NCBI GenBank assembly: GCA_934098705.1
Contig: CAKOPC010000003.1
Coordinates: forward strand, 5,321 to 69,320
Reading direction: 5' to 3'
DNA from: an uncultured Bacilli bacterium
GTDB taxonomy: Bacteria > Bacillota_I > Bacilli_A > RF39 > UBA660
DNA length: 64,000 bases
Positions 1 through 10,265 of the stretch are shown piece after piece. The position numbers and the translations under genes are program-made. The notes under the pieces are model-generated. The model did no database searches. It was not told the DNA's origin and worked only from the letters and a program-made list of their open reading frames with translations. How positions within the stretch are numbered: position 1 is the first letter of the stretch; each line of letters starts with the position of its first letter.

Positions 1-2013
1 TATATCTTTTTGTGTCATATCATCAAGTAAAGGTTTGTTGTCTTCTTTAGTTGATATAACAGTTTCCTCTTGTTTTTCTTCATTTTGTTTAGCAAGATTT
101 TCTTCTTGTTCTTCTTTTTCAAGTTCTGCTATTTTCTCATCTATCTTTTTAACTAATTCATTAACATCAAAATCTTGTTTCATAGAGGACATAAACGGAT
201 TATTTTGCATTGTCATTTGTTGTTTAAATGGATTCTCTCCCATAAATGGATTTTCATTATCATTATCTTCCATCATGCTTCTTAATTTTTCTTCACGTTT
301 TTGTTCTACAAATCTTTTTAAATCGAATACTTTTATTGGTTCAATATTTCTTACGACAAATGGATCTGCTTCATAGTTTTTAACGCCCCAATTAATTTTC
401 CAGTTTGGGTATAACTTTGTTTTTAATGGTCTTTGTCTTGTTCTTATAGCAATAGCTTCATGTTCCTTCATAAGTTGTAGTTCTGCAACAGTAATTAAAG
501 GTCTTGATTCTTCATGTTCCTTATCGCCTTTACCTACTTTTACCTTTTTATCACCACAAAGTTTTGATATTTCTTCAAGAGCTGATAGCTCTGTTGTAAG
601 TAAGTATAGTAAGTTGTTACAGTTAGCTCTTATTGTTTGAGCTACTTCTTTTCCATATACAGCATCAAGTCCTGCAAAGTTTTGAATAATCATGGTAAGT
701 CTTATATGTCTTGATCTTGCTGCCGCAACCATAGTTGTTATATCTTTTAATGGTGGCATATTTTGAAACTCATCCAAAATGAAATTAGTTCTTACAGGTA
801 ATACACCATTTTCTGTTTCTTGGGCTACTCCTATTAAAGTTTCATAACATTGTTTTACAAAGATAGTTGCAAGTGAGTGGTATGTCTTTTTTTCATCTTG
901 AATTATTAAAAATACGGCTGTTTTATGTTTTCCAATATCAAACATATCAAAATCACTATGTGATAACATTTCACTTAATATTTCACGTGATGCAAAAAGT
1001 CTTATTTTTTGTTTAAAAGTTGAAAGTATTGAAGCTTTTGTTTCTTCTGCTGCCATTACTGTACCTGATGCACAGGTATAAGCTGCACTTGCTGGATCTT
1101 TATCATTAAAGTATTCTTTTATATAGGTACTTCTACCTGCGAAACGCTCTTCTCCTACTGTTGTCATAACAGAGATACTATTTAAGTTTACTTCTTCTTC
1201 TTTAGCATCTTCAAAAAGTCCAAGAGCTAAAGCTGTAAAATAGTCTGCTGATGATTTTTCCCAGAAAGCATCTTTTTGTCCGCCTTCTTCATACAAAATA
1301 TTACTAGCAACGTCATCTAAAAGTTCCATTGCTTTATCTGTATCACCTGATTTATATAGTTTATATGGTAAGGCAAGTGGATTCCAACAATTACCTTTTT
1401 GTGGTTCACGGAAGTTTAAAACAACAATTTTGTATCCCCTTTTCTTTAATAAACCTGCATTATTTTTATAAATTTCTGCTTTAGGGTCTGTTACAATCAT
1501 TGATTCTCCATGTTTAGCAAGTATTTTAACAAGTGGTAATACAACATCCTGAGTTTTACCAGCACCAGTTGAACCAACAACTATATTATGACTTTCTCCT
1601 GGATCAACCCATATTTCTTTACCATCATTTATAAGTGGAAAACCAGCATCAGTATATACAGGATCTGTTACATTAACTTTTTTTAATGTTTTTTTTGCTT
1701 CTTTTATGGTAGCAAATCTTGAATACCCTTTATCTTCTTTTTCTCCAACACTTATACCAAAACCTTTTTCTTTTTCAAAAAAGTATGATTTTACTCCCAA
1801 TATAATACCAACAAGTGCTAGTAAAAAAAATAAAAGAGTTGTACCAAATAAATTATGTTTAAATATTACAAAAGGATCAAGACCTGCAAAACCAAAGCCT
1901 CTTACTATTGTATATATATTGGCAACTAAGATACTTATAAAATAAAATAATACTATAACAAATAATACAAATATTAACCAATCTTTTGCGGTTGCTTTAA
2001 ATTTTAATTTCAT
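1..2013 (-). CDS. Type IV coupling protein (VirD4/TraG family), partial; 3' end lies beyond window start
   Basis: Minus-strand ORF from ATG at 2013 (GGAGG RBS at 2021-2025) running off position 1; not in the ORF track because it is open-ended. N-terminal TM helices, then Walker A VVGSTGAGKTQ (around 1560-1590). Acidic C-terminal tail. Confidence 0.8.
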   Translation of the reverse strand, partial: MKLKFKATAKDWLIFVLFVIVLFYFISILVANIYTIVRGFGFAGLDPFVIFKHNLFGTTLLFFLLALVGIILGVKSYFFEKEKGFGISVGEKEDKGYSRFATIKEAKKTLKKVNVTDPVYTDAGFPLINDGKEIWVDPGESHNIVVGSTGAGKTQDVVLPLVKILAKHGESMIVTDPKAEIYKNNAGLLKKRGYKIVVLNFREPQKGNCWNPLALPYKLYKSGDTDKAMELLDDVASNILYEEGGQKDAFWEKSSADYFTALALGLFEDAKEEEVNLNSISVMTTVGEERFAGRSTYIKEYFNDKDPASAAYTCASGTVMAAEETKASILSTFKQKIRLFASREILSEMLSHSDFDMFDIGKHKTAVFLIIQDEKKTYHSLATIFVKQCYETLIGVAQETENGVLPVRTNFILDEFQNMPPLKDITTMVAAARSRHIRLTMIIQNFAGLDAVYGKEVAQTIRANCNNLLYLLTTELSALEEISKLCGDKKVKVGKGDKEHEESRPLITVAELQLMKEHEAIAIRTRQRPLKTKLYPNWKINWGVKNYEADPFVVRNIEPIKVFDLKRFVEQKREEKLRSMMEDNDNENPFMGENPFKQQMTMQNNPFMSSMKQDFDVNELVKKIDEKIAELEKEEQEENLAKQNEEKQEETVISTKEDNKPLLDDMTQKDI

Positions 2014-2090
2014 ATTTACCCCTCCAAACGGAATTACTAACATAATTATATCTTATTTTTATAAAAATAACAATTATTATTTTTTAAAAA

Positions 2091-2120
2091 GAAAAAAATT
2101 CACAAAAACTTGTGAATTTT
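2091..2120 (-). terminator. Intrinsic terminator between virB4-like and virD4-like genes
   Basis: Perfect 9-bp inverted repeat AATTCACAA-aaac-TTGTGAATT followed by a U-run on the minus-strand transcript. Confidence 0.45.
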
Positions 2121-3909
2121 ATAGTCCTCCACCACTTCCAAAAGATTCTAATTCTTCTGGTGTTACAACTACATTTATTTGCATTCTTCTTGAACCACAT
2201 ACAAATAATGCGTTACCTTGTGAATATCTTTTTATAGCTTCTTTTTCATTATCATTTAAATCTATTAATAATGATAAATCTTCTACTGCTTGCTTTTTAA
2301 GTCCCATTACTAAGTAATATGAAGCATTATCAAATATTGCTTTTCCTTGTGTTATTACAGCTTGTGGTGTAAAATCACTTGGTTGCTGTGTTATTATTAT
2401 GTTTCCTGTATTATACTTTCTTGCTCTTCTTTGAATTTGTGCTAAAAAGTCTGCTCCTAATACATTACCACCTGATAATAATACATGAGCTTCATCTACC
2501 ATCATTACTGTATTTACATCTGGTTCAAGACATAAACTCCAAGCATATTTTAATACGTTAAAGAAAAGAGCATTTCTAATATTAGTATCACTATTCATTA
2601 GTTCTTTTATATTAAACACGATAAAGTTACTTCTTGGTGCTATTGTTGTATGTCCGTTAAAATAAAATCTTAATTCATTTGTAAGCGGTCTTATTTTAAG
2701 TTCTAGTCTTTCCATTACATCTCTTTCATGCGTCATATCTGTCATTGATATTAATTTACTTTTTATAGTGGCATAAACATCATCAAATGTGGGATATTGC
2801 TGTGATGTAAGACGAGAAAAATCTGTTGTAAAATCTATTCCAAAACGACGATATGTTTCTTGTACTAATTCTATAAATAGATTTAGTACATCTTCATCTA
2901 TTGATGGGTCATAATATTTCATAAAACCTTTTAAAAATTGTAATGTTTTTGTAAGTACAGTATAGCCAAGTCCTTGTTGTATTTCTTCTTCATCAGCATC
3001 TACTAAAACTTCAAGTGGATTTATTAGTCCAAAATCTCCACCTTTTCCTAAATCTATTGTATCTCCTCCAAAAAGACGTACCATATCTACTAATTCATTT
3101 TCTGGGTCTATACATACTACTTTATAGCCATTTCTTATTGATGTTCTAAGTAATAGTTTAGCTGCTGTTGATTTTCCTGAACCTGATGTTCCTAGTATTA
3201 CCATGTTAGCATTGTTTCTATTATGTTCTTTTCTTATTTGATATAAGAACTGATTAAATAGAACTACTCCTCCTGAAAAGTCTGTTCCAAGTAAGCATGA
3301 TGCTCCTGGATCTTTTATACTATCAAATATATAAGGATACATTGCTGCCATTGTTGGACTTGGCATTATTGTTCCAACTCTTTCCTCTATTACTTGTTTT
3401 GGGAATATTGGTAAAATGCTTTTTAATACTTTTTCTTGTTCAAATCTTAATGGTACTGCCCTTAGTCCCATTGCATCTAAGTAGTTTTTAGTTGTTCCTT
3501 TTCTTAATTCTAACTCTTCAAATGTATCTGCTGTTATTACAACATGCATTTGGAAATCAAATATTTTAGACTGAGCTGCTGCAAGTTGTTGTACAAAAGA
3601 TTCTAATGTATCAAAATCTTGTCTTATTCTCTCCTGGTTTGTTCTATCTTTTTCTTCTTGATACCTTACTTTTAAATTTGCTAGCTCCTTATTTAACATT
3701 TTTGATAGCATTGAAAATGGTACTGGTATATGCTTTACTACAATTTTTACCCCAGGCATATTTGTTATATTTGATATATATCCAACACCTATACTTCTAG
3801 GCCATGATACTACTGTTAGTATTGACATATATTTATCGCTTACTACTATATAATTTGGATTTGTAAAATCTAATCCTTTTGGAGCTATTTCACTTTTAAA
3901 TGTACTCAC
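2119..3909 (-). CDS. VirB4/TrbE-family conjugative transfer ATPase (C-terminal ATPase part)
   Basis: 596 aa. Walker A GTSGSGKST, Walker B-like MMVDEAH, overall VirB4/CagE-like layout. Start overlaps the upstream ORF by ATGA. Confidence 0.75.
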   Translation of the reverse strand: MSTFKSEIAPKGLDFTNPNYIVVSDKYMSILTVVSWPRSIGVGYISNITNMPGVKIVVKHIPVPFSMLSKMLNKELANLKVRYQEEKDRTNQERIRQDFDTLESFVQQLAAAQSKIFDFQMHVVITADTFEELELRKGTTKNYLDAMGLRAVPLRFEQEKVLKSILPIFPKQVIEERVGTIMPSPTMAAMYPYIFDSIKDPGASCLLGTDFSGGVVLFNQFLYQIRKEHNRNNANMVILGTSGSGKSTAAKLLLRTSIRNGYKVVCIDPENELVDMVRLFGGDTIDLGKGGDFGLINPLEVLVDADEEEIQQGLGYTVLTKTLQFLKGFMKYYDPSIDEDVLNLFIELVQETYRRFGIDFTTDFSRLTSQQYPTFDDVYATIKSKLISMTDMTHERDVMERLELKIRPLTNELRFYFNGHTTIAPRSNFIVFNIKELMNSDTNIRNALFFNVLKYAWSLCLEPDVNTVMMVDEAHVLLSGGNVLGADFLAQIQRRARKYNTGNIIITQQPSDFTPQAVITQGKAIFDNASYYLVMGLKKQAVEDLSLLIDLNDNEKEAIKRYSQGNALFVCGSRRMQINVVVTPEELESFGSGGGL

Positions 3910-4547
3910 AATGGCATCACCATCCCACTACTATATGTTCTTCCTCCATTTAGGAAGTTATCTAGAACCATTCTTAAATCATCAGTTGATGTTTGACTTG
4001 CTATAAGACCTGCTGCTGCTAAACCGTTTATCATACCTCTTAATTTCTTTTGCATCATATCTACATTTCTTTCTTTAAATAATAAATAGTACTCTGTATC
4101 TACTACACTATTATTTACGAAGTAATCACCCTTATCTAAGTCTTGTCCTATTATTTTTCTTATTGTTGGATCACTTGCTTTATTATATAAAAGTTGTAGT
4201 TCTGCTTGATATACTGCTATATCTACTGGTCTATCTGCTATTACTAACCAAAATTCATAGTCTAGTGTATTATAAAAATTCATAAGTCCTACTAAAGTAT
4301 TATCCATTGAATATCTGTCTAATATGAAAATATTTTTAGGACTTATTTTTACTCCCGTTATCATATCTCCACTTGTATTATAAATTATCCCATTTGATAT
4401 TTTTTTTACATTTATCCAGTTTTCAGTATATTTTGGATTCGTTTGTTCTTCTTTACTTAATACTCTTCTTGTTGATTTTGTATTTGTTTGCCCTCTATTT
4501 ACTTTCGCTCCTACGTTATTTTGCATATTATTCATTGCGTTGTTCAT
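3906..4547 (-). CDS. Probable VirB4 N-terminal domain protein (split VirB4)
   Basis: 213 aa ORF whose stop overlaps the ATG of the ATPase ORF (ATGA, translational coupling). Combined length 809 aa matches full-size VirB4. Confidence 0.4.
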   Translation of the reverse strand: MNNAMNNMQNNVGAKVNRGQTNTKSTRRVLSKEEQTNPKYTENWINVKKISNGIIYNTSGDMITGVKISPKNIFILDRYSMDNTLVGLMNFYNTLDYEFWLVIADRPVDIAVYQAELQLLYNKASDPTIRKIIGQDLDKGDYFVNNSVVDTEYYLLFKERNVDMMQKKLRGMINGLAAAGLIASQTSTDDLRMVLDNFLNGGRTYSSGMVMPL

Positions 4548-4848
4548 ATTTATAACACCATCCTCTCCATATATATTTTCTTCTATTTACATAAAATGCA
4601 AATATATCCTGTATTAAACATAAAACATTATGATAATTTGGTAGTGGAAATACTAACATTCCTGCTATACATACTGGTAGTATTATTAGTATAACATTTT
4701 TTATATCTGCTACTGATGATACCATAAGTAATATTAGTGTTATTGCTATTCCCGCTATAAATATTCCTAGGTCTATTGGCCTAAAGAATCCAAATATTAA
4801 TCTTGCCCTTTTACTATTTGCTGGTACTAAAAATGTTTGTTCTGACAT
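4528..4848 (-). CDS. VirB3-like small membrane protein
   Basis: 106 aa, two hydrophobic helices, positioned immediately upstream of VirB4 as VirB3 homologs usually are. Confidence 0.4.
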   Translation of the reverse strand: MSEQTFLVPANSKRARLIFGFFRPIDLGIFIAGIAITLILLMVSSVADIKNVILIILPVCIAGMLVFPLPNYHNVLCLIQDIFAFYVNRRKYIWRGWCYKYEQRNE

Positions 4849-4886
4849 TTTTTACTGCCCCTTTCTTTTTTGGATTATTTTTTAAT

Positions 4887-7097
4887 TTATCTATTATTGT
4901 TAGTAGCATTATGATTTGCCCTTGTTTTTTCCATTTTATCTTTAGCAGCGGCTTGTGCTGTCTCCATTTTACCTTTAACTGTTGATATATCGTCACTATA
5001 TCCTTCGACTCCAGCTGCCTTAAATAAACCATCAGCAGTATTTAGTATTTTTTGACCTTTTTCTGCCTTTTCAGCATCTATATGTCCTGCTTTAGTTAAG
5101 CTGGCAATTTCAACTGTATTTCCATCAAGCTTAAATTTACCATCATTTTGTAGTGCTGTTGCCACTTGTTGTACTGCACCTTTTTTAGCATCTGCTAATG
5201 CTTTGTTTACATTATCAATACCTTCTGCTCCATTAGCGTCTGTAACACGTAATATTTGTTGTTTTCCGTCTTTATCCACATAGCTAATATCACTTGAAAT
5301 TTGACCTCCATTATTTAGTATTGACTGAGCTTGCTCTAGTTTTCCAAGTCCAAATAAATCACCATTTTTTCTTGCTTCTCCAATAGCATAGTCTTCAAAA
5401 CTGCTACCAGCTTTTAATGCATCATCTGCTGCTTTATATTGTTCCTCGGCTTTATCATAAGCATCTTGATGTCCAAATGTATGTGCAAATCCCGAAGCAA
5501 ATTGTCCCCAGAAACTACCCCCTTGGGCATTTCTTTGTCTTGCTGAAACAGCTCGGTTTCTTTGTCCGCTAACAGCACCGGCTATATTGCTAAATCCTCT
5601 AGCTCCAGCATTTCCGCCTCTTACCATTCCGCCCAAAAGACCTCCTACTGCTGTTCCAAAGTTTCCACCTTTTCCCATACCAGCAATAAAACCAATGCCA
5701 CCTGTTGCTAAGGCTCCAGTTCCAACAAGAGCGGCTGTTTTTAAAGCGTTCATTGATTCTTTAAATGTTCCACCCATATTTTTAATACCTAAAATATCTG
5801 TTATTATATTAGGGATTGTTTTTGCAAATATAAATATTGCAATATATACAAGTAATGCAGAAAGTCCACTAACTTGTGTTGAAAATTTAGATATAAATAA
5901 AACAGCAAGTCTTATTGATAATATTTTTATAAATAAATCAAAATAGCATCCAACATACTTTTGAAACCAATTGTTTAATATTTTATCATTAGGGTTTATA
6001 TATGACATAAAAGCAATAGGTGCTAATATTTGAAGAAGTAATAGTTTAAACGTACGGATAATTACTTCTATACATAAAATTAAAATAACAACAATTAAAC
6101 CAATACCAACTATTATACATATAAATAAGTCAAAATCTATTTCTTTTTGTTCTACTAATTTACCAAAATCTTCGTTACCTTGTGGATTATTTATAAAACT
6201 TGTTTCTAGCAGTTTATCTGGTTGTGATGTAAAGGTTGCCATAATTTCTCTAGCAAATTTAGAACCTTCAGTGTTGCTTGCATTACTTGTACCTAATTCA
6301 ATTTGGTTATATGTATAACCACCTTTTAATAATTCATCTGTTCTAGAGCACTTTTCTATATCATCTGTGAAATTTATGGTAAATTTTAATTGACTTCCAT
6401 TTTTATTAGAATACCAAACACCTTTTAATGCACAATAATTATTTGGTATTGCATCACAAGATGTTACTTTACCGTTCATTTGACAAATAATTTTTTTTGT
6501 ACCAGAACCATTTTTATACGCAGAAGAATTTTTTATATCATCTATTATTCCACTATAGTACATACATCCTTGAATAAGCTCTGCCATACCACCTTTTTTA
6601 TTGTTAGCATTTTCACCACTCATACCGTTACTTGCTATCATACCTCTTGCTTTATTTATTTGTTCCCTACATTCAGCTTGACTATAAGTTTCAGCATTTA
6701 CATCAACTAATCTACTTAGAATACTATCTTCTGCTAACAATGCATTTTGTAACTGATCTAGTTTAGGAACAATTAGACTTTTAAAAGTCATTATAAGAAT
6801 AAGCGATATAACAACTCTTGTTATCATTTTACCTACTCCTGTTTGTTTATCTGCTACCCTATCTGGATCAATTAAATATTCAAACATTGTAACAGTTATT
6901 CTAAATAGCATAAACACTGCAACTAAAACATAAATAGTATCAGTAATTGATGTTATTGTATCGTTAATTACTGATACATCAAAGGCCTTCCCATTTGTAA
7001 AACTTAACATAAGGTTATACGCTTTTGCAACAGTTGTATAAACACCACAACATAATTCAATAAAGATTTCACCAAAATTATAAAATTTTAATATCAT
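4887..7097 (-). CDS. VirB6/TrbL-like polytopic T4SS membrane protein, paralog 1 (Cys-rich loop, Gly-rich segment, long hydrophilic C-terminal tail)
   Basis: 736 aa. N-terminal block shared with the other two paralogs (YVLVAVFMLFRITVTMFEYLIDPDRV), FMSYINPNDKILNNWFQKYVGCYFDLFIK, and GIKNMGGTFKESMNALKT. Several TM helices around a large Cys-containing loop. Confidence 0.6.
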   Translation of the reverse strand: MILKFYNFGEIFIELCCGVYTTVAKAYNLMLSFTNGKAFDVSVINDTITSITDTIYVLVAVFMLFRITVTMFEYLIDPDRVADKQTGVGKMITRVVISLILIMTFKSLIVPKLDQLQNALLAEDSILSRLVDVNAETYSQAECREQINKARGMIASNGMSGENANNKKGGMAELIQGCMYYSGIIDDIKNSSAYKNGSGTKKIICQMNGKVTSCDAIPNNYCALKGVWYSNKNGSQLKFTINFTDDIEKCSRTDELLKGGYTYNQIELGTSNASNTEGSKFAREIMATFTSQPDKLLETSFINNPQGNEDFGKLVEQKEIDFDLFICIIVGIGLIVVILILCIEVIIRTFKLLLLQILAPIAFMSYINPNDKILNNWFQKYVGCYFDLFIKILSIRLAVLFISKFSTQVSGLSALLVYIAIFIFAKTIPNIITDILGIKNMGGTFKESMNALKTAALVGTGALATGGIGFIAGMGKGGNFGTAVGGLLGGMVRGGNAGARGFSNIAGAVSGQRNRAVSARQRNAQGGSFWGQFASGFAHTFGHQDAYDKAEEQYKAADDALKAGSSFEDYAIGEARKNGDLFGLGKLEQAQSILNNGGQISSDISYVDKDGKQQILRVTDANGAEGIDNVNKALADAKKGAVQQVATALQNDGKFKLDGNTVEIASLTKAGHIDAEKAEKGQKILNTADGLFKAAGVEGYSDDISTVKGKMETAQAAAKDKMEKTRANHNATNNNR

Positions 7098-7121
7098 TTT
7101 ACTATTCCCCTTTTTTATTTT

Positions 7122-7484
7122 TTATTTGCATGTTGCAATACCTGTTAAATTTATTATTGCTTTAATTAAAATTGGTATAAATAATATAGCAACACCAATT
7201 ACTAATCTTTTTATAGCAGTACTTTGTGCTTTTTTCATATCATCAGCTTTACCTGCTGCAACAGCTGTTACCATATCTTTAACAATTAATATTAAAGTAA
7301 TACATGGAATTGATATCATTGCTCCAGTATATACATACTTTAATATTTCAACAACTCCAGCACCTAAAATGCTACTACAATCATCAATAATTTCTTCTCC
7401 ACCATTATCTGCAAAACAAGTAAGTGGTGTGAAAAGCAAACTAAGTAATACATATTTTATTTTCTTTATCTTCATAACTTTCAC
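7122..7484 (-). CDS. VirB2/TrbC-like T4SS pilin candidate 1
   Basis: 120 aa. Signal peptide (cleavage about CFA/DNGG), two hydrophobic helices separated by a Lys/Ala-rich loop (KDMVTAVAAGKADDMKKAQSTAIKR). Three Cys in the mature part. Confidence 0.5.
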   Translation of the reverse strand: MKVMKIKKIKYVLLSLLFTPLTCFADNGGEEIIDDCSSILGAGVVEILKYVYTGAMISIPCITLILIVKDMVTAVAAGKADDMKKAQSTAIKRLVIGVAILFIPILIKAIINLTGIATCK

Positions 7485-7586
7485 CTATCAATCCAAATTT
7501 ATTATAGCAAAAAAAAAAATAAATAACAATAAATATTACTTATTTTTTTATTTTAAATGTTTAAAAATGATATTTGACCGTTTTAA

Positions 7587-9974
7587 TTATTTTTTATTAA
7601 CATCCTGACTTGCTTTTTTTGCTTTGTAAGATTTGCTATCTTCAATAGTAGATGCTTTGTCATTTTCCTTAACGGCATAGCTATTGTGATATTCTTTACC
7701 TTTTTTAACACTCTCCCAGCTATATACATCTATAGCTTTATTGCCATTGTCTTCCCCATCTTTATCGTTTGTTGTTAATTCTTTATACATAGACATTTTA
7801 TTTGCTCCTGATTCTTTCATAGTTTGAAGATCTTTATCATTAGTAGCAGTATTGTAATATTCTTCAATAGCTAGATCTGCTAAACCTTTGTTAGTATTAT
7901 CATAATTGCCATGTAATACATCATATTGTTTGCTATATTCCTCTTTAGCTTTTGCTAGAGAACTCTTATATTGTTCATCAACTATTTGATTATACATACT
8001 ATCAGTAATTCCTTCATGACTTATTCCTGCTGCAACACTTTCTCTTGTTATACTATTTTTAACAGCTTCAAGCCTTGTAAGTTCTTCCTTAGCTTTTCTG
8101 TAATCTTTCATATATTTAGAGTTTGTATACTTATCTCCCTTACCTTTATTTAACTCTCCTTCAACATAAGATTTGGCATTATTTGCATAATCAACGGCAA
8201 GTTGATGACTTTTTGCTTTTTCTTTATACTCTTTAATTTTTCTATCCTCATCACTTGTTAAATTAACTCCTAAATGCGATAATTGTCTATCGAGCCAATT
8301 TGAACCATTTAAACGTGCCTCTCTTACATTAACATTTCTTTGTGCCTGATTTATTCCTCCTTCTAAAATGTGTCCTCTGCTTCCACTTGCAAATCCTCTT
8401 CCAAGACCTCCAAATAAACCACCAACGACTGTAGAAAAACTATGACCTTTTCCGGCGCCACTTGCAGCTCCTATAGCTCCTCCAATTAATGCTCCAGTTC
8501 CTGCAAATGCAGTTGTCTTTAAAGCATTCATTGATTCTTTAAATGTTCCACCCATATTTTTAAGTCCAAATATATCACTTATAAAGTTTGGAACTATTTT
8601 AGCAAATATAAATATTCCTATATAGAATAATATTTTAGCAGCTCCTCCATAAGCAAAATCAGTGTTAGCAACTTCATCAATTAATAATACACTTACTTGT
8701 AAAGCTAATAATTTTATAAACAAGTCTAAAAAGCATCCGACATACTTTTGAAACCAATTACTTAAAACTTTATCATTGGGATTTATATATGATACAAAAG
8801 CAATAGGTGCTAACATATTTAGTACAACCATTTTAAACTGACGTATTACAACTTCAATCATTAAAATTAGTATAAAAACAATTATAGCAATACCACAAAT
8901 CACGCAAAGAAAAATGTCAAATTGAAAACTATTTTCTTCATTTTCAACAATTCTTGCAACTGCATCATTAGCATCACTTGACTCTAAAAATTTACATCCA
9001 CCATCACAGTCATTAGAATATGTTGCTTCTGTTATGACTTTAGAATCACTTGCAAATGAACCAACTATACTTCTTGCAAAAGCTGCTCCACCTTCACTAT
9101 TAACCATTTCATCATAAACTATATCTTCTGCTGTTTGATCTATTATAAACATAATATTGTATTCATTATTACCTTTTGAATTTTTTGTTGTAATGTATGT
9201 GCTATCTATGGTTCCTCTTAAAGAAACTCCATTTTTTAATGAACTAGCTGCTTCTTTTATTAAATCATAAAAATTATAATTTATAAATATTTCTCCAATA
9301 CTAGGTAACTCTCCATTATATTTTAAACCATAATAGCTTTTAAGTGCTGCTTTAACAGGACCTTCAACTGAAGTACTATAAAGTTTACAATTATATTCAG
9401 TACCATTTATTTCATTTAATGCTTTACATAGTCCTTTAGATTTAAAATTTTTTGCTGGGCATTCGCGATAAGCTGATATAATATCTTCATTAGTTTTTAT
9501 AAGTCCTTTATTATACATGTTTTCAATATCACACTTGCTACTTCCAGATTCTTCTAAATCACTTCTTTGATCACCACTTCCAACATCAAATATTCTAAAT
9601 AATGGACTATCATTTTCAAGTAAAACTTGTTGTAAATGGTTTACACCTTTTAATATTATTGGAAATGCTATAACAAGTAAAAGAGAAATGATTATTCTTG
9701 ATATAAGTTTTCCAGCACCTTGTTGTTTATCACTAACTTTATCTGGATCTATTAAATACCCAATTAATATCATAGTTATTCTAAATAACATAAATACTGC
9801 AACTAATACATAAATGTTATTTTCAACTGCTTGTATCTTTTCAAAAAATTTTTCTTCTGCAAAATCATTAATAAAATGAATCATCATATCATAGTTTTTA
9901 GCAACACTTGTAAACACCCCCGCTATAAATTTCATAAAAACATATGCAACATTAAAAAATCCAGTCTTCAACAT
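7587..9974 (-). CDS. VirB6/TrbL-like T4SS membrane protein, paralog 2 (different Cys-rich loop and tail)
   Basis: 795 aa. Same conserved blocks as paralog 1 (YVLVAVFMLFRITMILIGYLIDPDKV; FVSYINPNDKVLSNWFQKYVGCFLDLFIK; GLKNMGGTFKESMNALKT). Unrelated ~200-aa loop with 9 Cys. Confidence 0.6.
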   Translation of the reverse strand: MLKTGFFNVAYVFMKFIAGVFTSVAKNYDMMIHFINDFAEEKFFEKIQAVENNIYVLVAVFMLFRITMILIGYLIDPDKVSDKQQGAGKLISRIIISLLLVIAFPIILKGVNHLQQVLLENDSPLFRIFDVGSGDQRSDLEESGSSKCDIENMYNKGLIKTNEDIISAYRECPAKNFKSKGLCKALNEINGTEYNCKLYSTSVEGPVKAALKSYYGLKYNGELPSIGEIFINYNFYDLIKEAASSLKNGVSLRGTIDSTYITTKNSKGNNEYNIMFIIDQTAEDIVYDEMVNSEGGAAFARSIVGSFASDSKVITEATYSNDCDGGCKFLESSDANDAVARIVENEENSFQFDIFLCVICGIAIIVFILILMIEVVIRQFKMVVLNMLAPIAFVSYINPNDKVLSNWFQKYVGCFLDLFIKLLALQVSVLLIDEVANTDFAYGGAAKILFYIGIFIFAKIVPNFISDIFGLKNMGGTFKESMNALKTTAFAGTGALIGGAIGAASGAGKGHSFSTVVGGLFGGLGRGFASGSRGHILEGGINQAQRNVNVREARLNGSNWLDRQLSHLGVNLTSDEDRKIKEYKEKAKSHQLAVDYANNAKSYVEGELNKGKGDKYTNSKYMKDYRKAKEELTRLEAVKNSITRESVAAGISHEGITDSMYNQIVDEQYKSSLAKAKEEYSKQYDVLHGNYDNTNKGLADLAIEEYYNTATNDKDLQTMKESGANKMSMYKELTTNDKDGEDNGNKAIDVYSWESVKKGKEYHNSYAVKENDKASTIEDSKSYKAKKASQDVNKK

Positions 9975-10189
9975 TATATTTCACCTCTATTTTTTAATTA
10001 AAATAGTAATTAAATAGCGGATTGTTATTGAATTATTAATGTTTTTATTTCAAATAATTGTTAAACTTTCAAAAAAAATTTACACTGTATTATTTTGTAA
10101 TAAAATTAATATAATTAAGCCTTTAAAAACATATTTTATACTTCCACTACACTACCTATCCTATTAGTTTAATTATAACCAATATTTAA

Positions 10190-10230
10190 CTTTATTGCAA
10201 TAAAAAATGTAAACAGTTTTTATGTGTCTA
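10190..10230 (-). terminator. Intrinsic terminator after VirB6-like paralog 3
   Basis: Inverted repeat AAATGTAAACA-gtttttatg-TGTCTACATTT lies immediately 3' of the paralog 3 stop (10266). The minus-strand RNA has a U-run after the hairpin. Confidence 0.4.
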
Positions 10231-10265
10231 CATTTATCTTAAAACTTCGCAATATGTCTAGTTTT

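Noticed and set aside
35-376. 113-aa plus-strand ORF, Ser/Phe-rich
   Set aside because: It lies antisense inside the VirD4-like gene and has low-complexity composition typical of reverse-frame reading of a Lys/Glu-rich coding region.
2379-3800. Several 60-64 aa plus-strand ORFs inside the VirB4 gene
   Set aside because: Leu/Phe-rich antisense frames of an AT-rich gene; no translation signals.
5587-5946. Pro/Ala-rich plus-strand ORFs (5587..5946 and 10906..11271) inside the VirB6-like genes
   Set aside because: They are antisense artefacts of the Gly-rich (GGN) coding segments of the VirB6 paralogs. No RBS, and they overlap well-supported genes.
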